Of a DNA stretch of 64,000 bases, positions 1 to 10,865 are shown piece after piece; the stretch's first letter is position 1, and every line of letters starts with the position of its first letter. Position numbers and translations under genes: made by a program. Under the pieces are notes generated by a model. The model saw only the letters and a list, made by a program, of their open reading frames with translations, was not told the DNA's origin and searched no databases. This DNA is from Amoebophrya sp. A120 (lineage: Eukaryota; Protista; Dinoflagellata), in NCBI GenBank assembly GCA_905178155.1, contig CAJINV010000001.1, positions 12,697,136-12,761,135 on the forward strand, written 5' to 3'.

Positions 1-1114
1 TGTAGTTTCTCACATCTGCTACTTTCTTGACTTGTAGCCGTAGCGGTTTAGTGTAATGAAATGGAAGCGCTAAAGACAAGAACGAAGGTCGGGACGCTGT
101 TCTTCACGCCATCGAAATATTTTATGATTTTTGTACACTACAGTTGCTACAGAGCTCACTCACCGCTAGTACACTCACGTTCCACGATCGACTTCGAAAA
201 TTTTGTCTTCCACCTTGTGTTTATTTTACGGTGCCCCGACATCAAAATTGCCCTAGCTAGTACTTTTCAAGTAATGTTGTATTGTTTTAGATGAGATTTC
301 CGAATCTTTCTTCAAGAAAAAAATTGTTTAGTGTTATTGGACAAGGCTACGAAAAAATAAGAAACGTAGAAGTAAAACGATTAGCATACGTTCCACAAAG
401 TGCGGAGCCTTGCGTAGGAATCAGTGAGAAAGTTCCTATTCTCGGACTCTGAAGGATAAGTGCAGCATCTTTACAGACGGGAATGGGAGGGAAAAAAGAC
501 AACTTCAGCTTCGCAGTAAGTACAATGAAAACGACACTACACAACAGCAAATAGCTACGTGCTTTGTGGAAGATGGATTCACGACGAGCAATTGAATATT
601 TTGTAGAACTTCGCAGATATTTTCTATTGCAAGTTCCGATCGATGCCTGAAGCAATTTTTCTGTTTCATGCAAATAACGCTACGTATTGCAAACCTTTTC
701 ATTTTCTTTTTCAACAGGTTTTGTGGTTCTGATACATTTTTCGAAATAAAACTTTTCAATCTGTTTTTCCCATACAAAATCCAAACCGCGTCTCTGGCCA
801 CGCCAAATTTTCCGCCGACTATCCTCACACATTGAGCCGGTAAAGGGTGCACCAGTTGTTCTCAGGTAATCGGCGCAAGGAAAATCACAACATTGTTCGA
901 GCTTTTTTTCGCTTTCACGGCTTTTGTGCGTCGTGTATCGGTCCAGCACGAGAAAAAAATATCTTGAGCGTGTTGCTTTTGCTTGGCTGCCCTGGTTTTA
1001 AGACTTTTTGCCACCGCGGCACGACGCAAACAAATTTACTTTCATCTCGTGGTCCTGTCTAAAAATAAGAAGTGAAAGATCGAACGAGGGGGTTTTCATC
1101 AGGAGACGTAAAAG

Positions 1115-1685
1115 ATGGCGGACCAGTACGTGGCTGACAAAGCCAAAGCGGTCGGCCCCGGTGCCGTGGGTGGCCTGCTGTCGGATCTGAAAATGATGGC
1201 AGCTTTCGAGAGCGCAGCGCAGTGGGACGAGGCAAAGTTGATGGACAAGGCTTTCTCCGCTTTATCTTGGGAGGACCCGCTTGTTGCGTCGGCATTGCCA
1301 AAGTAAGTACTAAAGAGCAGATTCACTTTTTGTATCAAGATCATGCTTCCCCTCCCGCGCTGCAGTAGCAGCACTCCTAGCTAAGAAGTACATTCGTAGT
1401 TGTGTAGTCTGTTGTGCCAAGAAACAAAACGCAACAAATGCAACGTGGCTACTAGGCTACATTTAATCCTAACATGATTTATTCTATTCGTGCACGTGTA
1501 ACAGGTACCTTGCGTCCTCGGGGGCGACCCGATCACGGGTCGACTACGCCTTCAACGCCCTGGTGCCAAAGCCACCCAGCGTGACGGACGGAAAGCAAGC
1601 TATGATGCACACCTGGCTCAAGGCACGGCTCTTCGCAATCGACTCGCAGCAGCCCTTCGAGCTCAGTCCCTACGGCAGCAGTTGA
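1115..1685 (+). CDS. Small hypothetical protein, 2 exons (1115-1302, 1505-1685)
   Basis: The ORF from ATG 1115 hits a GTAAGT donor at 1303. A CAG acceptor at 1504 resumes an open frame (...ALPK-YLASSGATRSRVDYAFNALVPKPP...PYGSS*). No family recognised. Confidence 0.75.
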
Positions 1686-2283
1686 GTAGTCACTTGGACG
1701 GTGGTGCTGCTAGTGATGTTTGCAGGTCGTGATTTTAGCGTTTTGTGATGCGAGGGCCAGCAATGGTTTTGCAGCCTGGACTCGTGTTAACCGTGATCGA
1801 ACTGGAAATAGCTTCCTTGAAAGGCCTGTGCACTGATGAACTATATTACAAGTTCCGTTTGAATACTTCCGAGCGCCGAAGCGTAACGGTGGCCTTGTGA
1901 ATCAGGGGCTCGGGAACGCTGGTCCGGTCGGAGGTTCGATGGAAAGTCTGTTTGTGCCATGCATCGCATGCGGACAGGAGAGATCTTAGGTTTTTACGGC
2001 TCGTGCCGGGGAGTTTGATTGACTTTTTTCGGCAGGGCCAAGAGGTCGGACACGGATCAATTTATGTTTCGGACCCTGTTTTACTGCTCTAGGTCTAGCT
2101 TTGATCAAGCAATAGCAAGCTTCAATTTTGGGATTTCTCCGATGCTGGAGCTTTGTGTTTTCTTGAGAGACGCAAGAGGCTGGGCCTCGCAATCGTGTCG
2201 TAACTCACTAAGTTAGTAGCACCAGCAGTACTCCAGCAGCAGGGTAGCTAGTAAGTTTCTTGTTTCAAATACGACCTGGCAAA

Positions 2284-5200
2284 ATGATTTCCATTTGGTC
2301 GGAGCTCCAGCCGGCGAAGATGCCAAAAATTCTGGTGTGGCTACTGGCGATTTCGTCGCTTTTGCCTGTAGTGCCACGAGTTCGGGCCGCGAACTATCTG
2401 ATCTACGACTGGCATCCGATGTTTCAGGCGGGGTTATCTCTGACGCAGAAAATAATGGAGGATAAGGAAAAGAAGCAGGAAAATCGAAGCAATCGGACTG
2501 ATTCAACAGACCGAGCTTCGCCGCAGGGGAAGAAAGACCGACTGACGCTTCTCGTCGAAGACATCTACAATCGGCGGTCACAGATGAAGTCACGCACCTT
2601 TTCCCAGGCACTAGATCCCTGCCGACGCACGTTCGGGAAGCCGTACATTCTAAGTCTGCGCTCCGGGGGACCCGCACCGGCGAAGACTCTGAACAGCAAG
2701 GCACTTGAGGCGTTTTTGGCGATTGAAGACAGGTTAAGACAAGATCTGCAAGAGCTGTTGCCACATCCAACGGTTGCGTCCTCGTCCTCGGGCGGACTGG
2801 ATATTAGTAACGAGACCCGCAGCAGCGTCGGAGGGGACAGCGAGGAAGATAGTACTACTAGCGCTTTTTTTTTCAATAAAGGCAAGCCCCAGCCTTTCTT
2901 GGTTTATGACAACATAATCTTTGAGCGGGTGGAGCCGGATGGATACTACTGTCCCGTGGTAAAGCCGGACGTGTCCACCTATCACCGCCGGTACTACAAC
3001 AAGTACGAACAGTTCCGGGATATTACCGCGGAATGCAAGAACCCACGACAGCTCCCGGTCAAGCTCGTCGTGCAGGCGGACCGACAGATTTTCGAGGAAC
3101 AGGACGCTTTTTCCGAGTCCGCCCCTGGCGCAAAGGAAAAAGTAGAAGAGGAAAAGGTCGATGTCCCGATACCCGGGTCGTCGAGCACCTCCGCGTCTTC
3201 CAGTGCAACTACCAGTGCAAGTGCACGATCGCATGGAATAAAAACTGGTGATCCGAAAACTACCAAACCGGAGTTGAAGCAACTCGAACAGGCGGGGAAG
3301 CACACTCACCTGGTTACCATGGACGATAACAGCGGAAATTACGTGGCGTCGCTGCTTCCCACGTCGGTGCAATCACCCGGCGGCGGTGGAAAGAAGCGGC
3401 AGCTGGACCAGGATTTTTCCTCTGACGCCGAAGCGAAGGAACAGGTCGATCAGCGCGCGGTCTTGACGCTCCGGGTGCCAAGTTTGGGAAGAAATCTACT
3501 GGTGGACCACACACCGGATCTAGACTTGCTGGAAGGCGGGCGGACTTGTTTGCAAACGCAGTTTGCGGATTTTTTCGCCGACCAGGACGTCTGTATTCTG
3601 TTCGGCGGGAAGCGAACCCCCACGGTGTGCGCGCAGAATATGCCGCAAAAGATCTATTACGTGCCGTTTCTGATGTTTGCCTTCATCCACTCGCGGGAGG
3701 AGTACAAGTACTTTCTGGAACGAGACCTCCCGAAAGTCAAAATCTCGGTCGCTCCGAGCTTTCTCGACATGGGGTTTTTGGAGTACGTCGCTGGGGTGCC
3801 AAACTACGTTCACGAGCAGCAGATCTGGTACACGAAGCGGTACCTGCTGCAGCAAAAACAAATCGAAGAGGAATTCAAAAAAATGCACAGCGACGACGTC
3901 TGGCGGCCGAAAAAGGGAACGTTGCCGCCGAAGCGCAACAACTACGTGCTGATCGGCGGGCGGAAGCTCCCGGGAAGCCACGGCGGCGGGTCCGGCGACG
4001 AGGCGGTGCTGGCGTTTTTGCTGAATCGCGTGGGGCGTATGGTCACGGAGTTGCAGAGGAAGCTGCGTAGCTACTACAAATCCAATCTGGCGCTCCAAAG
4101 ACGGAAGGAGCAAAAGTCTACTGCCGCAGACGGTGGACGACCAGAACTATATCCTAGTAGCACTACTTCTGCTCCTGGAGATGTAGTTCTTGACACCAGC
4201 AGGCAAAAAGTACTAGAGGAGCAAGCTCAACAAGTCGACACGTCCGTGGAGGGAGCCGCGCGCGACTGCTTCTGGCCCCGGTATTCGAATCCGAAAGACT
4301 ACGAGGAGATGGGATGTGATATGACGATCACGAGTATGTTAGAGGAGTACAAGGAGGACCCAGTGACTGTGAGAAACGACGATTTCCTGTGCAAGGTCTC
4401 GTGCGGGCGCACTGCGCTCGAGCCGAAGCATGGGCTGAACGACTTCGCGGAGTGGGCGGTCGCGAGTCGGCAGAGCAGCGCGCCGCGCAACCCGAAAAGA
4501 AAAGGCGGCGTTAAAGGCGCTGGGGACATGGGCATGGCGGCCCAGGGCGTCTGTACGACCTTCGGGCCCTTGCTCTGCCGGGAGTATAAGCTCGAGGAGA
4601 GCACGGTCATCCGGCTATCGCAGACGTCTGACGGGCGGAAGGTAGTTTCGAAGCACCTGCCTCTGGAAAGAACGCAGCAACTGCACCCAATTTCATTGGA
4701 GGACATAGACAATCCCGAAAAGGAGAAAATAAGGCGTGGCCACGCAGCGGTGGCACCTGCAACTGGAGACAAAGCAGCCTATTATCCGCCGTCAACAAGA
4801 TTAGATGAAGATGACACTTTGAAAAAAGGCCAAAAAGAACCGGAAGATCATCAACGTGTCGACACACCGGCAGGGCTCCCGGACGAGGATCGCGACGGCG
4901 CCCATTGGCCAGTTGTCGTCGAAACGTTTCCGCGACACTTTGCGCAGAAACACTTCTCCTTCGAGCAAATTCTGAGGGATGTGAAGGCGCTCGTCGCCTT
5001 TCCGTACAGCTCTTCCGCCTTGTTTTGGTCGGAGATGCACGCGCTGGGCATACCGATTTTCATTCCCTCGGTGGAACTTTTGTGGCAGTTCCATTTGAAT
5101 GTGCAGGTCGCCGCGAAGTACAGCCACGTCCGGAACGATTTCCGGTTCATGGCCACGCCGTTAGATAGGAATAAAATCGACAAATTGGTCACCGACGGCA

Positions 5201-6216
5201 CCCTGGAACTTGTCTCCGACTGGGGCAAGGACACGTCGGACCGGGTGGAGCTGGAGAGAAATCCACCCATTGAACAGGAAACAAAAAGAACCACGGCTGC
5301 TAGTACGAGCGCCTCTGTTGAGCAGTCTACTGAAATATCAAACTCGGGCACAAATGAAATCGGAACAGTGAAGGAAACCGAGAACTACGTCATTGCGAAT
5401 CAGGAGATGTTCTGGTTCCCGCATCAGGAGCGCGCTTTTGCCCACACGCCCGAGCAGCACGTGGTCCGGAAGCGACATAGAGACATCATCCTATCATACA
5501 CAAAAAAGCAGGCAGGCCATATGTGCAAATGCAAAATGAGGTATATCTTCTCAGCAGAAAATGAGCAATCTGCCATGGGCGAGCCCATAGGTTGCTGCTT
5601 AGGATATGCAGTGCAGATTTTTCTGTGTGTAGCATTGATTATGACCACCCGCCTGCTTTTTTCTGTGGGATACATCCCGGGGAACCGCACACAGCGCATG
5701 CAGTTTGCCCACGCGATTTGGATGCGCGGGGGAGAGAAGTACGACGTGAAAATCAATCGAGTCGCCAACAAGAGAGAACGAGAGCCCAGAAAAGCGGTCC
5801 TTGGGATCATTGCGAACGAAATCCTGGCTTCCATGCACCCCGCCGGGAACACAACCAAGGGTTTTGACGGGCATTTTCCTGAGAACGAAGTGGTTCTGTC
5901 GGACGAGGATGTGGACTTGAAGCCACACGTAAACTGCACACGGTTCTGCCCTCAGTCGCCCAACATGGCCCCCTGGCGCATGTTCGAAACGAAGCGGGCG
6001 TTTTACTACTGGTTGGGAAAACTAGATTTGTACCACTGGGGCCCGCACGTGCGCACCTTCCACAACGTGTCGCACCTGTTCTCGATGATCAAAGACCACG
6101 AGCTGTTGGACGCGATGCGCCGCCGCCAGCTGCAGCGGTCGACAGAAATGAACGACCGAGCGGAGCACGTGTTTCGCACCGCCATGGGCGAGATTTTAGG
6201 TTCTTCGGAAGGGTGA
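2284..6216 (+). CDS. Large secreted or membrane protein with a putative glycosyltransferase-like C-terminal region; contains an in-frame introner at 5492-5672
   Basis: 1318-aa ORF with a hydrophobic signal-like MPKILVWLLAISSLLP (ATG 2284 or 2320). The segment ALVAFPYSSSALFWSEMHALGIPIFIPS resembles GT-B-like proteins (weak inference). Confidence 0.7.
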   Translation: MISIWSELQPAKMPKILVWLLAISSLLPVVPRVRAANYLIYDWHPMFQAGLSLTQKIMEDKEKKQENRSNRTDSTDRASPQGKKDRLTLLVEDIYNRRSQMKSRTFSQALDPCRRTFGKPYILSLRSGGPAPAKTLNSKALEAFLAIEDRLRQDLQELLPHPTVASSSSGGLDISNETRSSVGGDSEEDSTTSAFFFNKGKPQPFLVYDNIIFERVEPDGYYCPVVKPDVSTYHRRYYNKYEQFRDITAECKNPRQLPVKLVVQADRQIFEEQDAFSESAPGAKEKVEEEKVDVPIPGSSSTSASSSATTSASARSHGIKTGDPKTTKPELKQLEQAGKHTHLVTMDDNSGNYVASLLPTSVQSPGGGGKKRQLDQDFSSDAEAKEQVDQRAVLTLRVPSLGRNLLVDHTPDLDLLEGGRTCLQTQFADFFADQDVCILFGGKRTPTVCAQNMPQKIYYVPFLMFAFIHSREEYKYFLERDLPKVKISVAPSFLDMGFLEYVAGVPNYVHEQQIWYTKRYLLQQKQIEEEFKKMHSDDVWRPKKGTLPPKRNNYVLIGGRKLPGSHGGGSGDEAVLAFLLNRVGRMVTELQRKLRSYYKSNLALQRRKEQKSTAADGGRPELYPSSTTSAPGDVVLDTSRQKVLEEQAQQVDTSVEGAARDCFWPRYSNPKDYEEMGCDMTITSMLEEYKEDPVTVRNDDFLCKVSCGRTALEPKHGLNDFAEWAVASRQSSAPRNPKRKGGVKGAGDMGMAAQGVCTTFGPLLCREYKLEESTVIRLSQTSDGRKVVSKHLPLERTQQLHPISLEDIDNPEKEKIRRGHAAVAPATGDKAAYYPPSTRLDEDDTLKKGQKEPEDHQRVDTPAGLPDEDRDGAHWPVVVETFPRHFAQKHFSFEQILRDVKALVAFPYSSSALFWSEMHALGIPIFIPSVELLWQFHLNVQVAAKYSHVRNDFRFMATPLDRNKIDKLVTDGTLELVSDWGKDTSDRVELERNPPIEQETKRTTAASTSASVEQSTEISNSGTNEIGTVKETENYVIANQEMFWFPHQERAFAHTPEQHVVRKRHRDIILSYTKKQAGHMCKCKMRYIFSAENEQSAMGEPIGCCLGYAVQIFLCVALIMTTRLLFSVGYIPGNRTQRMQFAHAIWMRGGEKYDVKINRVANKREREPRKAVLGIIANEILASMHPAGNTTKGFDGHFPENEVVLSDEDVDLKPHVNCTRFCPQSPNMAPWRMFETKRAFYYWLGKLDLYHWGPHVRTFHNVSHLFSMIKDHELLDAMRRRQLQRSTEMNDRAEHVFRTAMGEILGSSEG
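5492..5672. mobile_element. Introner (non-canonical IR/DR intron), 181 bp
   Basis: Left end TATCATACACAAAAAAGCAGGC vs right-end reverse complement TATCCCACAGAAAAAAGCAGGC (19/22). CATCC direct repeats at 5487-5491 and 5673-5677. Removal gives RDIIP-GNRTQ. Confidence 0.85.
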
Positions 6217-7034
6217 GGACGAAAATGGAAATCATATTGTCCGCCCTGCAAATCATATTATTTTATCGATCCTTCGGGTTTATTGGAATCGTAGTACGAA
6301 AACGAATCATGATCATCATCTCCATGCATAGGAGTGCGCATTTTATCTATTCACTCAGGGAAGTTCTTGCCTCACACAAGTTGTACAAGTTGCCTCACAC
6401 AAGTGAAGAGCGGCAAATTCTATAAATATTACCGTGGTGGCTGTGGCAACGCAGCGCCAATTCAAGCTTGCAAACGCCAATGCGTGATGAAGATAGTGAC
6501 ATTGAGAGTGAAGACAGAAACAACAATCTCAAATTGCATAGGTGCATGCGTGACATCACTACAACCGGCTGCGCAGCACGGACTCGCTGCGTGCTTCTTT
6601 GTTTTGTGGATATGAGGATGAAGTTTTAACGACTACTCGAAACCATTGATCTCCCGATTCCAGCTTTTCGATCTCCAAAAACGCATTTCGTTGTTAGTGC
6701 TGATGATGATGATGAATTCCTCTGTCTTCCCAAGATCGTTTCCACTTTGATTGTTTTATACAGCGACTCGTGCCCTCTAGTCGTCATCGTCTGGTGACAG
6801 ACTTCAGGTCCAGCATGGTTCTCATTCAAGACCTGCTGTTTCTGATCATCGCGATTTTCTCTTTTGCTTTCGCGATCACCATCCAATGGTTTTTTGAGAC
6901 GTAATTGCGCTGTTTTATGCTTGTAGATTGATACGCTACTACAGCACGTTTGTATTGGTATTTTCAGAAAATTATAAACAAGCTTAGGTAGTCAGTTATC
7001 CCGACAACCAATACAACAGTTTCAACGAACAAGA

Positions 7035-10000
7035 ATGGCTCCTCCCCAGCAGCAATTGTTTGCTCGTGGCGGCGGCGGTGGGTCGTCTTCTTCCTCTATA
7101 ACGGCAAAATTGGTATTCGTATTCGAAAATAGCAAAAAAATTTTCCCCCGCTCAGTTCACTAGTGCAGACGCCTCCGCCTGCGGTGCCTGTTCTGCCGCC
7201 TCCAGCTTAACGCCCTCGAGCGACGCGCCGTGCCTGTCAGTGTTCGAGGAAGCCGCCGGGGGGTGGCGATCGATAGTGCAAGCGCTAGCCCGAGCTCGTG
7301 GCGGCGCTGGATAGCCGAAAATGGTGCGCGCCTGGCTTAAGGCTTTTTGTCGGGCGGCAGGTGCCTGGCGGCCTGTCCGTGTCAACTGCTCTCGGCGTAG
7401 CTGGACCGCCGGCACATGGGTCGCGCACCTCTCGAAAATTTAGTGCCGACGAACCCAGCGCACCCTATGTGGCACTACCTGGCTCCCAGATTCCCGGGCC
7501 GCCCTACCTGCACCACCCCCATCAGCTGCGCCGCGGAGAAGAGCTGGCGCACACAGGCGCTGAGGCCTTCGCCTACGAAAGTGCCTCGTTGCATTTTTGG
7601 CCCGGAAGCAATATCTGTGGCCGCGGCCAAGCGTTCACAGGAAACGGAGGCCTCGGACAGATTTTCTTTCGCGCAACTTTGGTATTCAGCTGCCCAAGAT
7701 TGCCCCCAAGAGAGGGGGGTCAAATGTCGCTGAATACCAAAGTCGGAATTTCCAGTGAATACCAATTTCCCATCGTGTTTGACTTTGGTATTCAAAAAAA
7801 GCCGGCGTTTTTTGCTCGGCATCCGGAAGGGCAAAAATCCTTTCCCCGAGTCATCAAATTTGCCGGTCCGCGAGACCGGCTGCTGCAAATGCTCCGCTTC
7901 CTCTGAACGCTTGGCCGCGGCCACAGATGTTGCTTCCTGGCCAAGAATGCAAAGAGGCACTTTCGTAGGCGGAGGCCGCAGCGCATTTCTGCGCCACTTC
8001 GCCTCCGAGGCGCAGCTGAGTGATGGGCGTGGTGCCCGTAGGGCGCCCCGAGAATCTAGGGGCCAGGTAATGGCCCATGTGGTGCGCTGGATTCGTCGGC
8101 ACGAAATTTTCCGGAGGTGCAGGACCCATCTGCCGGCGGTGTAGCCACGCCGAGAGCAGCTGACACGGACAAGCCGCGAGGCAGCTGCAGCCCGTCAAAA
8201 AGCCCCAAGCCAGGCGCGAGCCGTTTTCGGCTATCCAGCGCCGCCACAAGATCGGGCCAGTCATTGCGCTATCGTTCAGCACCCCTATGCGGCTTCCTCA
8301 AACACCGAGAGGCGGGGCGCGGCCGTCGAGGGCTTTCAACCGGAGGCGGAAGAACAGGCACCGCATGCGGAGGCGTCTGCACTAGTGATCTGGGCGGGGG
8401 GAAAAATTTTTGCGATTTTTGAATACGAATACCAATTTTGCCGTTATATCCTCGCGGGAGAGCAAGAGCGTGAAGCAGTTCCACTGCGGTTATCTTCCCC
8501 ACCGGATCAGCACGGGGCCGCTTTTGAACGACGGTCACACACGACTGTTCGCCGTTTCCAGCTTCTCGGACGCCACTTCGCAGAAGAACCAGATCCAGGT
8601 TCTGGGCTTTGACGATCAGGGCACTTTTCACGAAGTGCTCGGTTTTGGGTGTTGCTTCCCAGCGAATAGTCTCGCGTGGTGGTCGAACGCCGCTGGAGAT
8701 GCAAGCAGTAATTCGATCCTGCTATCCGCCTCAGATTGTGTGCGCCTGTACAGCGTCGGACCCGAAGCACTGGAAAACGAGGGAGCAACGGCTGTGCGCG
8801 AACTGAAGCACAGTCACGGCCAGATCAGCCAGTTTTGCGCACCGGTCACGGGCGTTGCAACCTCCTCTGCGCCGACGTACGGACCAAATCCCAATGCGAG
8901 CATGGTACAAAAACAGACAGCCTGCTTTTGTGACTCTGAGCCATTATATATTGGCATCCGAGTCCTATCACGACAGATGACGAGTTACTGGTGTAGTTGT
9001 GGAAGATGTTTGAGTGATCGTCATTCTCTGAAACCTGGCAGATTTTTGCATTGTGTGCTGGAAATTCTCGATTATATCGAAACACCTCAGACTGCTACTG
9101 CGGCTTCGTGTGACATCCACGGTTATGTGTATGTTTGGGACTTGGAATACGGGAAGCAGATGTCAAAGCCAATCGAGACCGGAATGCCACTATACGATAT
9201 CGCGTTCGACCCCACAACAAGGTAAGTGCCTGCAAAGAAAACTGATCGCAGCTGACTGCTGAGTAATCTTCTAAAGCGCTTTTGTGTAAGTAGAGCCGCA
9301 GTGAGAAGTACTTTGCTGTGTGCTTGACGAACGAAATCCTCGTGTCAACAAAGCAAAATGCGCTATCAATCAACCTCAGGAGTCACATCGCGGTAGCCGG
9401 TCCAGGACAGATCGGGTTGTATGACATCCGGGAGCCATCCAAGGGGCTTTGCCTGATTGACCCACCCCCCGATATATCAAGTGTAAAAATGTCTGGGTCT
9501 GGAAGAATCATGCTGCTACTGCATGACACAGAAGGTCTGGCATGGAAGCTCTAGCATCACAGATTTCGAGAAGCTTCCGCAATGCCGAATCCGCATGACA
9601 AGTCCCCCACTTTGGTGACAGAAAGTGGGCAGCTTCTGCTGCCTATGCATCAGAGATTTTTGTGTGTTCTGAAATGCGCATCACAAAGTACATCCTTCCA
9701 GACCCAGACATTTTTACGCTTGATACGATAGCCACGCAGCCGGACCGGGCCGTCTGGCCTGGGGTCGCGATCTCCTAGCGGCCACGTGGTACGGAGCGGG
9801 AACGCAGTTTGGGATGTGCGTGTACAATCTTGGTCTTGTTGCTTTCACTTTCTTCTGCGTTCTTCTGGCTCCCCTTGCCATAATAGAATTTTCCGTCCGA
9901 CAATTGTGCCACAGTCAGCTTCTCAGTTCTTGTACTCCGTGCCATATTTTTTTTGTTCTATTGCCTGACATCAACGAACAACTGACAGGTACGACCCGCG

Positions 10001-10370
10001 CGCCTGTGTGAATAGCGTGAACTTCCGAAGTCCGTGCGTATCAAGTGCGGATGGAGACGCGCCCGTGGAGAGCGTTTGGATGACCAGTTTGCCGCTGGAG
10101 GAACTGGAGAAGGCTCCTTCTCCGACCCACCGGGACGTGCGCCAAGCGCGGCAAAGGACCCTCGTATCGGGACAGGAAAACAAAATGATGAACACGGTGC
10201 GGATGCGGCCGGCGGACTGCAAAATGGAGAAAGGCACCGGTATGAAGTATGACATGCCCGCCCCCATCACTGCCGTGGCTGTGCTCTCCCTCCCGCGCAC
10301 CGGCACCAGCGCGATCATCGGCTCTGCCGACGAATTCATCCGCATTGCGCCTATAATGGACGATAATTGA
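7035..10370 (+). CDS. DCAF7/WDR68/TTG1-like WD40 protein, split by two introners and three GT-AG introns
   Basis: Reconstructed from ATG 7035 by removing introner 7097-8448, introns 8905-9090 and 9222-9379, introner 9475-9725 and intron 9816-9988. Motifs SQFCAPVT, ASCDIHGYVYVWDLE, LYDIAF, IGLYDIRE, RLAW and RACVNSV parallel DCAF7 motifs (FCAPLT, VYDIAF, VRMFDLR, RACVNGI). Confidence 0.8.
7097..8448. mobile_element. 1352-bp foldback/MITE-like introner with ~550-bp terminal inverted repeats
   Basis: It starts TATAACGGCAAAATTGGTATTCGTATTC and ends GAATACGAATACCAATTTTGCCGTTATA. The arms are colinear inverted copies over ~7097-7650 and ~7892-8448. TCCTC direct repeats at 7092-7096 and 8449-8453. 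Confidence 0.92.
9475..9725. mobile_element. Introner, 251 bp
   Basis: IR TATCAAG(T/C)GTAAAAATGTCTGGGTCTGGAAG (30/31). CGATA direct repeats at 9470-9474 and 9726-9730. Removal gives IDPPPD-SHAAGPGRLAW. Confidence 0.92.
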
Positions 10371-10865
10371 ACAAGGCTGTCGTGTATGATTTCGGATAAA
10401 AGGAAGAGACCACCAGATCAGATTTTTTTCCCAACTCGGACACGGAAATATGGAGCAAATGAGAAGTGGTCCTTCCATTTGATTCTGTAGCCCGCAGGTC
10501 CTCAACCTGGCTGATTCATTCTGTGTTCTCCGTTCGCACCTCTTAGTTTCATGGTTGTTCAGGAATATCAATATGTACCATTCCTGTTGCTTAGTACTTA
10601 CCCTCTTGCCGCTACTTGGCGGTCTATTGTTTTCGTACGTTGTTAAGCAGCTGCAGAGATAGACTGTACTTATTGAAGGCGCGCTTTATCTTTACCCTCC
10701 TCATCGTCTTTGTCGCTGTTGTTGAATGGTACAGTATCTATGTTTATGAATTTGAATTTCATCTCCATCTCGTGAAAAAAACAAAGAAAAGCCAGCCGCT
10801 CTCTTAGACAAAGCAATTCTATCTCGTTTTCGTACACTAAAATAACCTAGCAGCCGGTCGCGGCG

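Noticed and set aside
7152-8422. Several 90-200-aa ORFs on both strands within the foldback element
   Set aside because: They mirror each other because of the inverted arms and show no DDE, HTH or other recognisable motif.
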